IMG/VR virus record: IMGVR_UViG_3300020305_000063
Location: 1-31,804 of that record
Length of the DNA: 31,804 nucleotides
Origin: a virus
Lineage: Duplodnaviria > Caudoviricetes
Reading direction: 5' to 3' (one strand)
Both the position numbers and the translations under genes were made by a program. The notes beneath the pieces are model-generated. The model had not been told where the DNA came from. It saw only the letters and a program-made list of their open reading frames with translations, and did not search any database. Of the stretch, positions 9,375 through 18,386 are shown one piece after another; the stretch's first letter is position 1, and each line of letters opens with the position of its first letter.

Positions 9375-12072
9375 GTTTGTAATAGCGTTGATTATAATCT
9401 CCTTCCCATCTCATAGAACGCAGAACTAATGGATGTGGAAACTCAGACTCAAGAGACATGTTCAGGTTTGTATTCCTTGTATAAACAGGAACTGTCCTTT
9501 CTATTTCCGTTACCAGAGGATCTTCATCAGCTGTATATTCATCCATATATTTAGATTCATATAGGACCTTGTAGTCATCCATACCATCTCTAGATATAAG
9601 GAATTCATAACTACCAATGTCGGCAAAGTTAAAGTTACATCTATGCACCACAAGAGATGCTGTGGTGTCAGACCTAAACTGATTTTGCTCTGCTTTTAAT
9701 ACATTGATAATAGGAAAGTCAAGTTTAAATTTATATGATTTCTGCGTACTTGCTGTATTAACAGGGTCGTCCTGCCAGTAGTCATAGAACGGACCTGCTG
9801 TAGGCAGAGCGTCTAATTGCAGTTTGATGAACTTACTAAATCCATCATCATCCTCTACAACACAATAGTAGTCACCATCAATGACGAAGTGCTGAGCTAA
9901 TGATCCAGGCAACTGCCATCTAAACCAACAAGTCTGAATGCTATTCTGGTTCCCTTCTGAAAAGTAACGGTATCCATAAACAATATCAGAGTCAAACTTA
10001 CCTACAAATACAACATTAGCTTCTTTAGAATCAGCAATTAGATTAAGACCATTAGGAATCGTTCTGCTAATAATCTTACTTCTCTCGAGAACATCAACCG
10101 GACCCTGATCAAACACATTCGTTAACTCATAGAACGTACTATGAGTTGTAGATAAACCCATGAAACCAATGTTAGTTCCAAGAGCAAATGGTCTAGTCTC
10201 GGTATCAAATTCATACCTACTGATTTCAGAGATCTTTGCAGTACTAGGACTTAGAATGTCATTAGATGTATCTAGTCTAAATTGCTGGTACTTACTAAAC
10301 AGAACCATACCACTGTTAATAACAATGGCATCTTGCAAAACTGAGCTAAAGTTAGTAGAGACACTAAGGTCAATAGGATCACTAGCTGCTACACCAAGAG
10401 CTGAAGCAGGGAACATATTAAATAGATCGCCAGCTCTTGACATGACAACATTCTCTTCGCTCAGGAATACAAGCCTGTTCCTATAGAAGTGAACATTAGA
10501 TATTGGTTTATTGACAAAACTAGGATTAAAGTCATCAGTTCCACAAGTCCTATCGCTGTAGTCAACAGAAGATGCGACAAAACATGGCACACCATTATTG
10601 GTAGCAAATATAATGACATGAGGCATATTCGCTGAGTTCAGAATAGTCTCAGTACCAGGCTCTGCTACCTCTTCCCAATAACCTGTTGCAGCTACGATAT
10701 TACTGGAACTTACTTCTCCATAGTTAGAAACAAACCGAACAAAGTAGTCATCATCATCAGAGAACGCATTAGCAACTTTAACAACAAGACCATCCTTACA
10801 TTCGATAGGAAGTCTGGATACATTATTTACGACAACATAAGGATTATCTTGCTCCTCGTCTGTATTACTAAGGATATTCATTAAATCCTTTTCACTTGTG
10901 CTTATAGTGAATGGTTCGTCATGGTGGATATACAGACCATTACCTACAATGTCTATTTTTGCGCCAAGCAAGGGAGTAGCAGTAAGCTGTGTTTTTAAAT
11001 CATTCAGTACATCGTTAATCGTAACTACGGTGCTACCACTGCTAGGTGTTTGTACACCAGTAATTGCATACTGATTAGGAGAGTAGACAGTTTTAACTTC
11101 AGTAACTTCAATGATGTAATAAATATCATCACCAGTTGGTCTTGGTTTACCTTTATCACCAGACTGTGACACAAGAACCTGATCACCTACCCTCCAACCA
11201 GTACCACCAGAAATTAGGTCAAGGTTAGTACGATAGGTGCATTTTAAATTATTACCTTTGCCTTGTACCTGGACACCCGTAGTGTTGATGTCTATACGCA
11301 TACCCTGTTGACCACGCCGACCACCTCTAAATTCATAGGTATCATCAAATTCAATAATTTGATGGTAAGTACCAGGACAAGAGGGATCTTTATTTACAGA
11401 CTCACGGGTGTTGACTACATCAATTAAGTTGACTTTAGTAGCAACAGTATATTCGGCATTAGGTGCAGTATTATTTAGTAGGTCAAGACCAAGAAGATAT
11501 TCCCTATTATAAGCAAGTTGTGTAATTTCAATAAATGCTTCAAATGGTCTTTTGTTATCAGACGTAGATGTAGTTACAACATTCTCAGGGTTAGTAACAA
11601 CAGTAAAGTTATTAACAGTAACAGCCTTCAGACCATTGTTATCCTCATGTGAAAAATAATTATAGCGTTCACAAGTTAATAGTTGACTAAAATCTATATT
11701 GCCTTCATTAATCTGCTTGGCTGTAAGAGGTTCTTGACTATAAAATACATCTACATTATTACCATCCATATCATAAGCGTGGAAACTACCAGCCTGATTG
11801 ATATAGAACAAATAATTTTCTTGAGTTTTAGTGGTTGTGTTCTGCCTAATAAATGGGAACCAAGTACCATTCTGTGGTTGTGGAATATTCCCATTACACT
11901 CATCGTACAGAGAACTAAGTAGTTTAAAGCCAGGTCGTTTATACAGACCATTGACAAGATCAGGGTAAGCATTCAGACAATCCCTTAGCTGACCTGGTTT
12001 CTTTAGTTCGTCTGGTTGGTCAGAGATACCACCAGTTGCATAGTTAGGAATAATCTGTGAAATGCTGCTCAT
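9367..12072 (-). CDS. gp12: Tail tubular protein B
   Basis: N-terminal ISQ.IPNY..GISDQPD..K..GQ...N..PD...GLYKRPG and internal FYRNRLVFLSEENVVMSRAGD.FN motifs. Confidence 0.92.
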   Translation of the reverse strand: MSSISQIIPNYATGGISDQPDELKKPGQLRDCLNAYPDLVNGLYKRPGFKLLSSLYDECNGNIPQPQNGTWFPFIRQNTTTKTQENYLFYINQAGSFHAYDMDGNNVDVFYSQEPLTAKQINEGNIDFSQLLTCERYNYFSHEDNNGLKAVTVNNFTVVTNPENVVTTSTSDNKRPFEAFIEITQLAYNREYLLGLDLLNNTAPNAEYTVATKVNLIDVVNTRESVNKDPSCPGTYHQIIEFDDTYEFRGGRRGQQGMRIDINTTGVQVQGKGNNLKCTYRTNLDLISGGTGWRVGDQVLVSQSGDKGKPRPTGDDIYYIIEVTEVKTVYSPNQYAITGVQTPSSGSTVVTINDVLNDLKTQLTATPLLGAKIDIVGNGLYIHHDEPFTISTSEKDLMNILSNTDEEQDNPYVVVNNVSRLPIECKDGLVVKVANAFSDDDDYFVRFVSNYGEVSSSNIVAATGYWEEVAEPGTETILNSANMPHVIIFATNNGVPCFVASSVDYSDRTCGTDDFNPSFVNKPISNVHFYRNRLVFLSEENVVMSRAGDLFNMFPASALGVAASDPIDLSVSTNFSSVLQDAIVINSGMVLFSKYQQFRLDTSNDILSPSTAKISEISRYEFDTETRPFALGTNIGFMGLSTTHSTFYELTNVFDQGPVDVLERSKIISRTIPNGLNLIADSKEANVVFVGKFDSDIVYGYRYFSEGNQNSIQTCWFRWQLPGSLAQHFVIDGDYYCVVEDDDGFSKFIKLQLDALPTAGPFYDYWQDDPVNTASTQKSYKFKLDFPIINVLKAEQNQFRSDTTASLVVHRCNFNFADIGSYEFLISRDGMDDYKVLYESKYMDEYTADEDPLVTEIERTVPVYTRNTNLNMSLESEFPHPLVLRSMRWEGDYNQRYYKRV

Positions 12073-12707
12073 CGTGCAAGTGCTCTATAAGGTTGATAGC
12101 TTCTATACATTGATCCATCTGGTGAACCAAAGATAGTGTGGTCACCTTGATTACATTCGTACTCCAAACATGCAGCACGAGCCTGTGCCTCTTGTGTACC
12201 TAAAAGCTGTACCAACTGAGGGTTGGTAACCAGCTGTGTAGCAGCACGACCGCTAGCACGTAGAGTGATATAACGCTTGAATACCGAAGGCAGCTCTTCA
12301 TAATCCCACTTCCAAGTAATATCAAAGCAGATCTTTACTTGTGAGTCGAATGTATAAGTGTGGTTATATTTGTCATATACCTTGCCTCCTCTCAATACAA
12401 AATCAGTAGTCCGATAAGTAGCGTTATCGTACATATCAATACGGAGAACATTCTCCGGTACATAGATCTGTCCATTTGCATCCGGTGTGAGTGGATAGTT
12501 AAGTTCACGATTAAATACCCATCCTTCATTCTGTACATCAGTGTTAACCTCCATTAGGAGCTGATGGATAAAAGCGATCTCAGGGTTTATATATGTCAAC
12601 TCACCATCAGTGTTGTTATAGATACGACTGATAGGTGCTTGCCCGATGCTCCCAAGTATTGAGTTGACGCTGGAGAGTTCGGTCTCAGTTTGAATGGTTG
12701 TATTCAT
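12069..12707 (-). CDS. gp11: Tail tubular protein A
   Basis: TELSSVNSILGSIGQAP, VQNEGWVFN.E and ELPSVFKRYI motifs, plus synteny. Confidence 0.92.
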   Translation of the reverse strand: MNTTIQTETELSSVNSILGSIGQAPISRIYNNTDGELTYINPEIAFIHQLLMEVNTDVQNEGWVFNRELNYPLTPDANGQIYVPENVLRIDMYDNATYRTTDFVLRGGKVYDKYNHTYTFDSQVKICFDITWKWDYEELPSVFKRYITLRASGRAATQLVTNPQLVQLLGTQEAQARAACLEYECNQGDHTIFGSPDGSMYRSYQPYRALAR

Positions 12708-12731
12708 TAATTATCATTCTCAATAAGGGTT

Positions 12732-12762
12732 AAAAAAAAGGAGCCTCCGAAGAGACTCCCTT
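12732..12762 (-). terminator. Intrinsic terminator after the capsid cluster (T7 Tphi equivalent)
   Basis: Minus strand reads GGAGTCTC-TTCG-GAGGCTCC followed by T8: a cUUCGg hairpin plus U-tract. Confidence 0.9.
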
Positions 12763-12767
12763 GTTAA

Positions 12768-12983
12768 TTAGGAGCGATCTCGCGCAGGAGAATCGCATTC
12801 GACACCAGGATAAGCAAAACGCAAAGACGCAGTCTCGCTATAGACAGCAGATGCTGATACAGCAGAGCCATAACCTTTAGCGGTTTTAGCAACAGAGGTA
12901 CGGATAGCTGTGTTGCCACCACTGATACCTGATGTGGAACCGGAAACACCATTGTTACCGGATGTAGATGCAGGATTAGCCAT
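12768..12983 (-). CDS. Small Ser/Gly/Ala-rich protein, probable capsid-associated protein (71 aa)
   Basis: Has its own SD (AGGAG) 6 nt before the ATG. Lies between the capsid stop and the terminator, in the same frame as the capsid gene. Confidence 0.7.
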   Translation of the reverse strand: MANPASTSGNNGVSGSTSGISGGNTAIRTSVAKTAKGYGSAVSASAVYSETASLRFAYPGVECDSPARDRS

Positions 12984-12995
12984 GTTTATCTCCTA

Positions 12996-14003
12996 TTAGC
13001 TAGCTACAAGCTCGATGGCTGCAGCAGGGTTAAGGACACCGGCACCCATGGCCAAGCGCCCAACCACCACGTCACCTTGGTACATTGTCTTCACGTCCGA
13101 ACCTGTGGTCTGGACTTGAGGACCGATACCTTCGACAACAGCAGCAGCATCACGCATGTAGATGAGGCCAGCGTGGTTGGAGAAGTCACCGGAGTAATCG
13201 TTGTTCTCACCATCGACACGAGAAACAGTACCAGCCATGAAAGGCAGGTTGTTAGAACGACGGATAGAGATACCAGCGATCTCATAGAGACCTTCACCAG
13301 AGTTCAAGGAACCTTGAGAAGCGCCAAAATCCCGGTTGAGGATGTTGGTGTCGACCTGCGAAATCAACGCATAGTACTGACGAGGAGACAGCACAGCGAA
13401 ACGTCCAGCAGAAGGTACGTTCTTCTCATCAAGGATTGCAGCAGCTTCAAAGAAGCCATCGACCAAAGCCTGAGCATTCAGTTGATTGCCAGAGCCAAGG
13501 TTGATCTGTGAACCACCGGGTTCGCCAGTGATAGGACTAGCGTCACGAGCGGACTTAGCGATCATGCGGAAGATCTTTTTGTCATAGGACTCAGCAAGAG
13601 CATGACCGATCTTTGCAGAGATCTCAGACCTCAGGCTGTAATGAGCAAGTGTCTCATCAAGCTCATACAAAAATGCAGAAGCCACGAGGAGGTCATCCAT
13701 GATGATCGTCTTCTCAGCCACCGGAGGATCACCGGATCCGAGGATCGGAGTTCCAGGTGTGTGGTAGCCAGCTTCCATACGTCCCGTGTAGATGAACTGC
13801 AGGGACTTGCCGTTACGCAGGGTACGAGACTGGACAGTACCTTTGGCGATACATGCAGACTCGTAAGCTTTGATCATCTCACCTGAAAAAAGCTTCAGAT
13901 AAGTTGCGTACTTGGCATCATAGTTAGCTCCACCTTGGGTAAGGTTAAGAGTTGATGGGTTCTGATTAATAGAACCAATTGGAGTAATAACTGAATTAGC
14001 CAT
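12996..14003 (-). CDS. gp10: Major capsid protein
   Basis: YLKLFSGE, RTLRNGKSLQF..TGR, EK.I..DDLL and G.AL...YD motifs of the T7 gp10 family. Confidence 0.96.
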   Translation of the reverse strand: MANSVITPIGSINQNPSTLNLTQGGANYDAKYATYLKLFSGEMIKAYESACIAKGTVQSRTLRNGKSLQFIYTGRMEAGYHTPGTPILGSGDPPVAEKTIIMDDLLVASAFLYELDETLAHYSLRSEISAKIGHALAESYDKKIFRMIAKSARDASPITGEPGGSQINLGSGNQLNAQALVDGFFEAAAILDEKNVPSAGRFAVLSPRQYYALISQVDTNILNRDFGASQGSLNSGEGLYEIAGISIRRSNNLPFMAGTVSRVDGENNDYSGDFSNHAGLIYMRDAAAVVEGIGPQVQTTGSDVKTMYQGDVVVGRLAMGAGVLNPAAAIELVAS

Positions 14004-14036
14004 TATTATAGTTAAAGTAAAAAGTTATCGTTTCTC

Positions 14037-14158
14037 TTGCTAGCAAAATTTTTTGATTGAAAATGTTAAGGTCTTTTCATTACCGTGCACGGTAGAGTTA
14101 TCGCCTTAGCGGCTCTACCAATAGCGAGGCAGGGACTTGCACCCTGCTGTTGGCTATT
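14037..14158 (-). promoter_or_regulatory. Structured intergenic leader between psbA and capsid (putative cis-regulatory RNA)
   Basis: Nested stems AATAGC/GCTATT enclosing GCAGGG-TGCAAGT-CCCTGC, then an abutting GGTAGAG...CTCTACC hairpin and a 14-bp palindrome at 14081-14094. Confidence 0.55.
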
Positions 14159-15212
14159 ATCCAATCGCTGGAGCCTTGTATGTAGCAAGGTCCAATGGAA
14201 AGTTGTGTGCGTTTCTTTCGTGCATCACCTCCATGCCAAGACCGGCACGGTTAAGAATATCTGCCCAGGTGTTCACCACATGACCTTCACTCGAATTAAT
14301 GGATTGATTGAAGTTGAATCCATTGAGGTTAAAAGCCATGGTACTGACGCCGAGGGAGGTAAACCAGATACCAATAACTGGGAATGCTGCGAGGAAAAAA
14401 TGCAGTGACCTAGAATTGTTAAAGCTAGCATATTGAAAAATTAGTCGTCCAAAGTATCCGTGAGCCGCAACGATATTGTAGGTCTCTTCCTCTTGACCAA
14501 ACTTGTATCCATTGTTGTGGGATTCTTGCTCGGTAGTTTCCCTAATAAGCGAGGATGTGACGAGACTTCCGTGCATAGCTGAGAAGAGAGCGCCACCAAA
14601 TACACCAGCGACACCAAGCATATGGAATGGGTGCATGAGGATATTGTGTTCGGCTTGGAAAACGAGCATATAGTTAAATGTTCCACTGATACCTAGAGGC
14701 ATAGCATCACTAAAAGATCCTTGTCCAAATGGGTACACAAGGAAGACTGCAGAAGCTGCAGCAACTGGAGCTGAGTAAGCAACAAAGATCCAGGGACGCA
14801 TACCTAGTCGATAGCTAAGTTCCCATTCTCGTCCCATGTAAGAATAGATACCAATGAGGAAGTGGAAAACGACAAGCTGGAATGGACCTCCGTTGTAGAG
14901 CCATTCATCAAGTGAATTAGCTTCCCAAATTGGGTAGAAGTGTAGTCCGATGGCATTGCTGCTCGGAACGACGGCTCCCGATATGATGTTGTTTCCATAA
15001 AGGAGGGAGCCTGCGACTGGTTCTCTGATTCCATCAATATCTACTGGTGGTGCTGCAACGAATGCAGTGATAAAACAAATGGTTGCTGCCAGAAGTGTCG
15101 GGATCATAAGGACACCGAACCAACCAACATACAACCGATTATTAGTGCTGGTTACCCAGCTGCAGAACTCATCCCAATTAGAACGAGACTGCTGTTGAAT
15201 TAATGCGGTCAT
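14157..15212 (-). CDS. psbA: Photosystem II D1 protein
   Basis: Unambiguous D1 sequence ([41 protein letters not shown]). Confidence 0.99.
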   Translation of the reverse strand: MTALIQQQSRSNWDEFCSWVTSTNNRLYVGWFGVLMIPTLLAATICFITAFVAAPPVDIDGIREPVAGSLLYGNNIISGAVVPSSNAIGLHFYPIWEANSLDEWLYNGGPFQLVVFHFLIGIYSYMGREWELSYRLGMRPWIFVAYSAPVAAASAVFLVYPFGQGSFSDAMPLGISGTFNYMLVFQAEHNILMHPFHMLGVAGVFGGALFSAMHGSLVTSSLIRETTEQESHNNGYKFGQEEETYNIVAAHGYFGRLIFQYASFNNSRSLHFFLAAFPVIGIWFTSLGVSTMAFNLNGFNFNQSINSSEGHVVNTWADILNRAGLGMEVMHERNAHNFPLDLATYKAPAIG

Positions 15213-15255
15213 GTAAATTAAGTATGTTTAGAACCAACCCACCCACCACAATTAA

Positions 15256-15405
15256 TTACTTTTTCTTGGCAGTCTTAGCTGCACGCTTGAAGTTCTTAGC
15301 TGTTGGTGCTCCTTTCGCACCAGGCTTTCTCATTTTTTCTCCACTACCAGCAGCAATACGCTTACGCTTAGCGTGGATGTTTGCATAAAGTCCTTGCTTA
15401 GCCAT
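15256..15405 (-). CDS. Small basic protein, 49 aa (MAKQGLYANIHAKRKRIAAGSGEKMRKPGAKGAPTAKNFKRAAKTAKKK)
   Basis: Hand-translated and below the ORF-track cutoff. TGATG coupling to the upstream ORF and an AGGAG SD upstream. Confidence 0.8.
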   Translation of the reverse strand: MAKQGLYANIHAKRKRIAAGSGEKMRKPGAKGAPTAKNFKRAAKTAKKK

Positions 15406-15605
15406 CAGGCACTCCTCTTTTTCTTTTTACGTTTAGCCAGTGGTGTCCCATCCATCTTGGTTTTACCAGGTGGTGTGTAAGGACGACCGCCTTTCTTTGG
15501 GTCTTCACCCATTGGCGTCTTCTTCAAGATACCTTTAAGGTATGGATTGAGCTTTGCTTTAAGTTTATCTTTCTTCTTAGGTGTTGACTTACTTGTTCTA
15601 GCCAT
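15405..15605 (-). CDS. Small Lys-rich protein (~66 aa; track ORF extends to 15620)
   Basis: ATG at 15605 lies 2 nt after the upstream stop and fills the operon gap exactly. Confidence 0.7.
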   Translation of the reverse strand: MARTSKSTPKKKDKLKAKLNPYLKGILKKTPMGEDPKKGGRPYTPPGKTKMDGTPLAKRKKKKRSA

Positions 15606-15607
15606 AA

Positions 15608-15847
15608 TTAACATTTCCATTTGCGGAGTGCCAATGCTTTACGGGTTGGCTTGCCGTTAGGTTTTTTCATCGGACCTTTTACACCAGACATACGAGCACA
15701 GAAGGACCGCTTACGTGGACCTCCTCCAGGCTGTGGTGCTTGCAGGTTTGAGCCAGTCGCCCTGTTGTACTTACGACGACCCGCAGCAGTCAGACCACCG
15801 CTACGGGATTTATGTTTGCCCATCTTCAGGCTTACATTCTTAGACAT
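15608..15847 (-). CDS. Small basic protein, 79 aa (GGLTAAGRRKYN...RKRSFCARM...LRKWKC)
   Basis: TAATG coupling to the scaffold stop. The motif style is familiar from marine phage hypothetical proteins. Confidence 0.8.
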   Translation of the reverse strand: MSKNVSLKMGKHKSRSGGLTAAGRRKYNRATGSNLQAPQPGGGPRKRSFCARMSGVKGPMKKPNGKPTRKALALRKWKC

Positions 15848-16614
15848 TAGTAGTTGATATCAGAACGTGATAGTTTCTCAAAGACATCATTACGGTAAGC
15901 AGGATCACGGTCATACCTAGGATCACTCATTGCCTCTACGACTTCCGCTTGACTACGGAACACGTCAGCAGGTTGATTAGGCGCACGACCAGTAACCATC
16001 TCACCATCAAAACCAACAGCTTTCTCCATCTCTGAACGGAGACCAGACACAGCAAGACGAATGAGTCGTGCATTACCTGATTCCACTAAAGCATCAAAGG
16101 CATCGATATCAGCTTGGTCTAGATTCTCACCAGACCACGCCATCAGTTGGTTGTAACCATCTTCACCGCCAGCTGAGTTCTGAATCTGATTCACCTCACT
16201 ATCAGTTAAGTCAGGTGACTCAGCTTGAGGTAGGTTACCTTGCATCTCAATGTATGCATTAACCAGATCTGTACTAGACATGGAGGTGAACTGTTCCATC
16301 ACTTCAGGAGTCAGCTCACCTTTCTCTGCATACAACTGTGATGCTTCGTTGATCAGATCAACAGCAGGGTTTGATTCTACTTCTTCTTCGGAGGTTTCTT
16401 CTTGCTCCCGCAGGCTCTCATCTTCATTGGTTTCTCCAAGTTTCTTTTGTAGTTCGATGTAAGCTTTCTCAAGCTCTTCTGCATCTTTAAACTTACCAGC
16501 ATATGCAGCTTCTTGTTCCTTAGCAGCAGCCTCACCAATTGCTAGTGCTTCTTGTTCTGCTTCATTAAATTCAGGCTGATCAGCTGGAGTGGGATCATAC
16601 GTCAGTGTAGCCAT
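15847..16614 (-). CDS. gp9: Capsid assembly (scaffolding) protein
   Basis: Acidic. AGKFKDAEELEKAY.EL, AGG..GY..LM.W and FRSQAEVV.AMSDPRYD.DPAYR motifs. Confidence 0.92.
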   Translation of the reverse strand: MATLTYDPTPADQPEFNEAEQEALAIGEAAAKEQEAAYAGKFKDAEELEKAYIELQKKLGETNEDESLREQEETSEEEVESNPAVDLINEASQLYAEKGELTPEVMEQFTSMSSTDLVNAYIEMQGNLPQAESPDLTDSEVNQIQNSAGGEDGYNQLMAWSGENLDQADIDAFDALVESGNARLIRLAVSGLRSEMEKAVGFDGEMVTGRAPNQPADVFRSQAEVVEAMSDPRYDRDPAYRNDVFEKLSRSDINY

Positions 16615-16813
16615 TAACTGTATTTACTTTAAGGTTTCCAAGTCCGACAGTAGTAACCATATTCTTCGGACGATTAGCACCAATCTTAGGCTTAGGTGCA
16701 TACTTATTTTCAGGCTGGATAGGTTCTTCTACAGTCAGCTCTACCTTTTCATTAGGTGGCTGCTCCACCTTCCGGGTTCGGGTTCGTTTGGCCGACGCCT
16801 TGGGTGAATCCAT
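16595..16813 (-). CDS. Hypothetical protein (72 aa) bridging portal and scaffold
   Basis: Fills the 16615-16751 gap. Overlaps the portal by 62 nt and the scaffold by 20 nt. Confidence 0.6.
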   Translation of the reverse strand: MDSPKASAKRTRTRKVEQPPNEKVELTVEEPIQPENKYAPKPKIGANRPKNMVTTVGLGNLKVNTVNGYTDV

Positions 16814-18386
16814 CTATCATCTCCTGTGCTTGTGGATTTTTACTTGGATCTAACATCGGTGCTGATGCAAATTGACCAGCTTGCTTAACCAGCTCTTGCT
16901 GAGCTGCCATTTGCTGCTGTTTCTGCATCTCACCTTGGATGTCAGACATACTCTTGACCAGGTTCAACACGTCAATACCCTGTGCGGTAGCCAGACGCTT
17001 GATGTATTCATCAGGATTGATAAACCTCTGAATAGCTTCTGGACCCATGGTCTGGGCAATGGTTGTAATGAACTGGATGAGTGATTCCCTATCTTGACCA
17101 CGACCCAATGCATTGACACCAGCCACGATCTGTGGTCGGACAATACCTTTAGGTAGTTTGGGTAGCTGACCACTGCGTTGCAGTACCATCAGCGTACGAT
17201 CAAGATATGGTTTAAGGAACTCAACTGTTAGCAGGCTGAACAATCCAGCGAGTTGACTATCGAGTTCGAGTTGTGTGAGACGTACCTCCTCTGCAGTGGT
17301 GCGCTCAGACTGTCTGACATTTAGGACCATGAATGCATCAAGGATGCGTTGACCCAGCTGATTAGCCATGTCATATGCAGTCCTGAAGTCAGCAGTCTTA
17401 CCAACCTGAACAACAGCAATATCATCAGGTCTACCCTGAATGATTGCACCGTTGCCAGCTTGCGCCAGAGTCTGTGGTTTAGTAGTGCTAGATGGTGAGA
17501 CAAGGAAAACAACCTTAGCGGCTGCTGCAGAGCCTTCTACGAGTGCCTGAGAGAGTGCTTCGAGGGATTTAAGATCTCCTAAAAACTCCTCTACTCTGCC
17601 TCTACCGTAGGCTTCACCATCAAAATTATTGAATCTAAGAACCAGCCAAGGTGATGCATTCTTAGGCGATGTACCACGGCTATCAGGTAGCTGCTTATCT
17701 TCAGCCTCTTGATACCATGTCCAGCGTCCGTTGCTCTTGTCTAGTTTGACGTGGGTGTACACCTCACAGTCGTCTTCATATGTGTTCGTTCCTGTCTTGG
17801 CATTTAGTCCACCACCAGCACTAACCTCATTAGGTTTAGTTTCAGACGGTGTAGAAAGACCAAGTAGTTTACGACTAATAAGTTCCTTCGTGACAATCTC
17901 GATGACATTACCGTTGCCATCACGGTCCACTACATAACGATTGAGTGGGTAGTTCTTCAGACCATCTTTACCCATATAGATAAGAGAGTTACCACCTACA
18001 ACGAGGTGCTTGATAGCCTGGTGAATTACAACACGATCGTTAGATGCATTGATAGAGTCCATGACCATCCTCTCCATCTTGGAAAATGACAGGTCAAGTT
18101 CACTACGAATCTGTGGATCTATCTCTTCACCCAGCTTGTCATCTCTGACTTGCAGTTTGAAGAAGCTAGTCTGTGGAGGTAGCAAAGCTAGCATCAACTT
18201 AGATGCTAATGTCACTGTTGCTTTGGCTCCAATACTTTGCCAAGGTGTTTTCAGTGGTTTGTGCTGAGAATTATCGTCTTGACGTTTGATTAGGTAAGGC
18301 AGCGTTAGCTGAGAACATTCATGAGCGATGTCAAGGAACTGCTGACGTTCACTCTGTAGTTCGTTATATCGTAACCTCGCCTTCAT
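16752..18386 (-). CDS. gp8: Head-to-tail connector (portal)
   Basis: PWQSIGAK...LASKLMLALLPP, YGRGRVEEFLGDL and ERTTAEEVR motifs. Confidence 0.96.
   Translation of the reverse strand: MKARLRYNELQSERQQFLDIAHECSQLTLPYLIKRQDDNSQHKPLKTPWQSIGAKATVTLASKLMLALLPPQTSFFKLQVRDDKLGEEIDPQIRSELDLSFSKMERMVMDSINASNDRVVIHQAIKHLVVGGNSLIYMGKDGLKNYPLNRYVVDRDGNGNVIEIVTKELISRKLLGLSTPSETKPNEVSAGGGLNAKTGTNTYEDDCEVYTHVKLDKSNGRWTWYQEAEDKQLPDSRGTSPKNASPWLVLRFNNFDGEAYGRGRVEEFLGDLKSLEALSQALVEGSAAAAKVVFLVSPSSTTKPQTLAQAGNGAIIQGRPDDIAVVQVGKTADFRTAYDMANQLGQRILDAFMVLNVRQSERTTAEEVRLTQLELDSQLAGLFSLLTVEFLKPYLDRTLMVLQRSGQLPKLPKGIVRPQIVAGVNALGRGQDRESLIQFITTIAQTMGPEAIQRFINPDEYIKRLATAQGIDVLNLVKSMSDIQGEMQKQQQMAAQQELVKQAGQFASAPMLDPSKNPQAQEMIDGFTQGVGQTNPNPEGGAAT

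Noticed and set aside
12764-12952. 62-aa alternative-frame ORF as a gp10B frameshift extension
   Set aside because: It starts well after the capsid stop, has no SD, and I found no slippery site at the capsid end. The overlapping 71-aa ORF has a clear SD.
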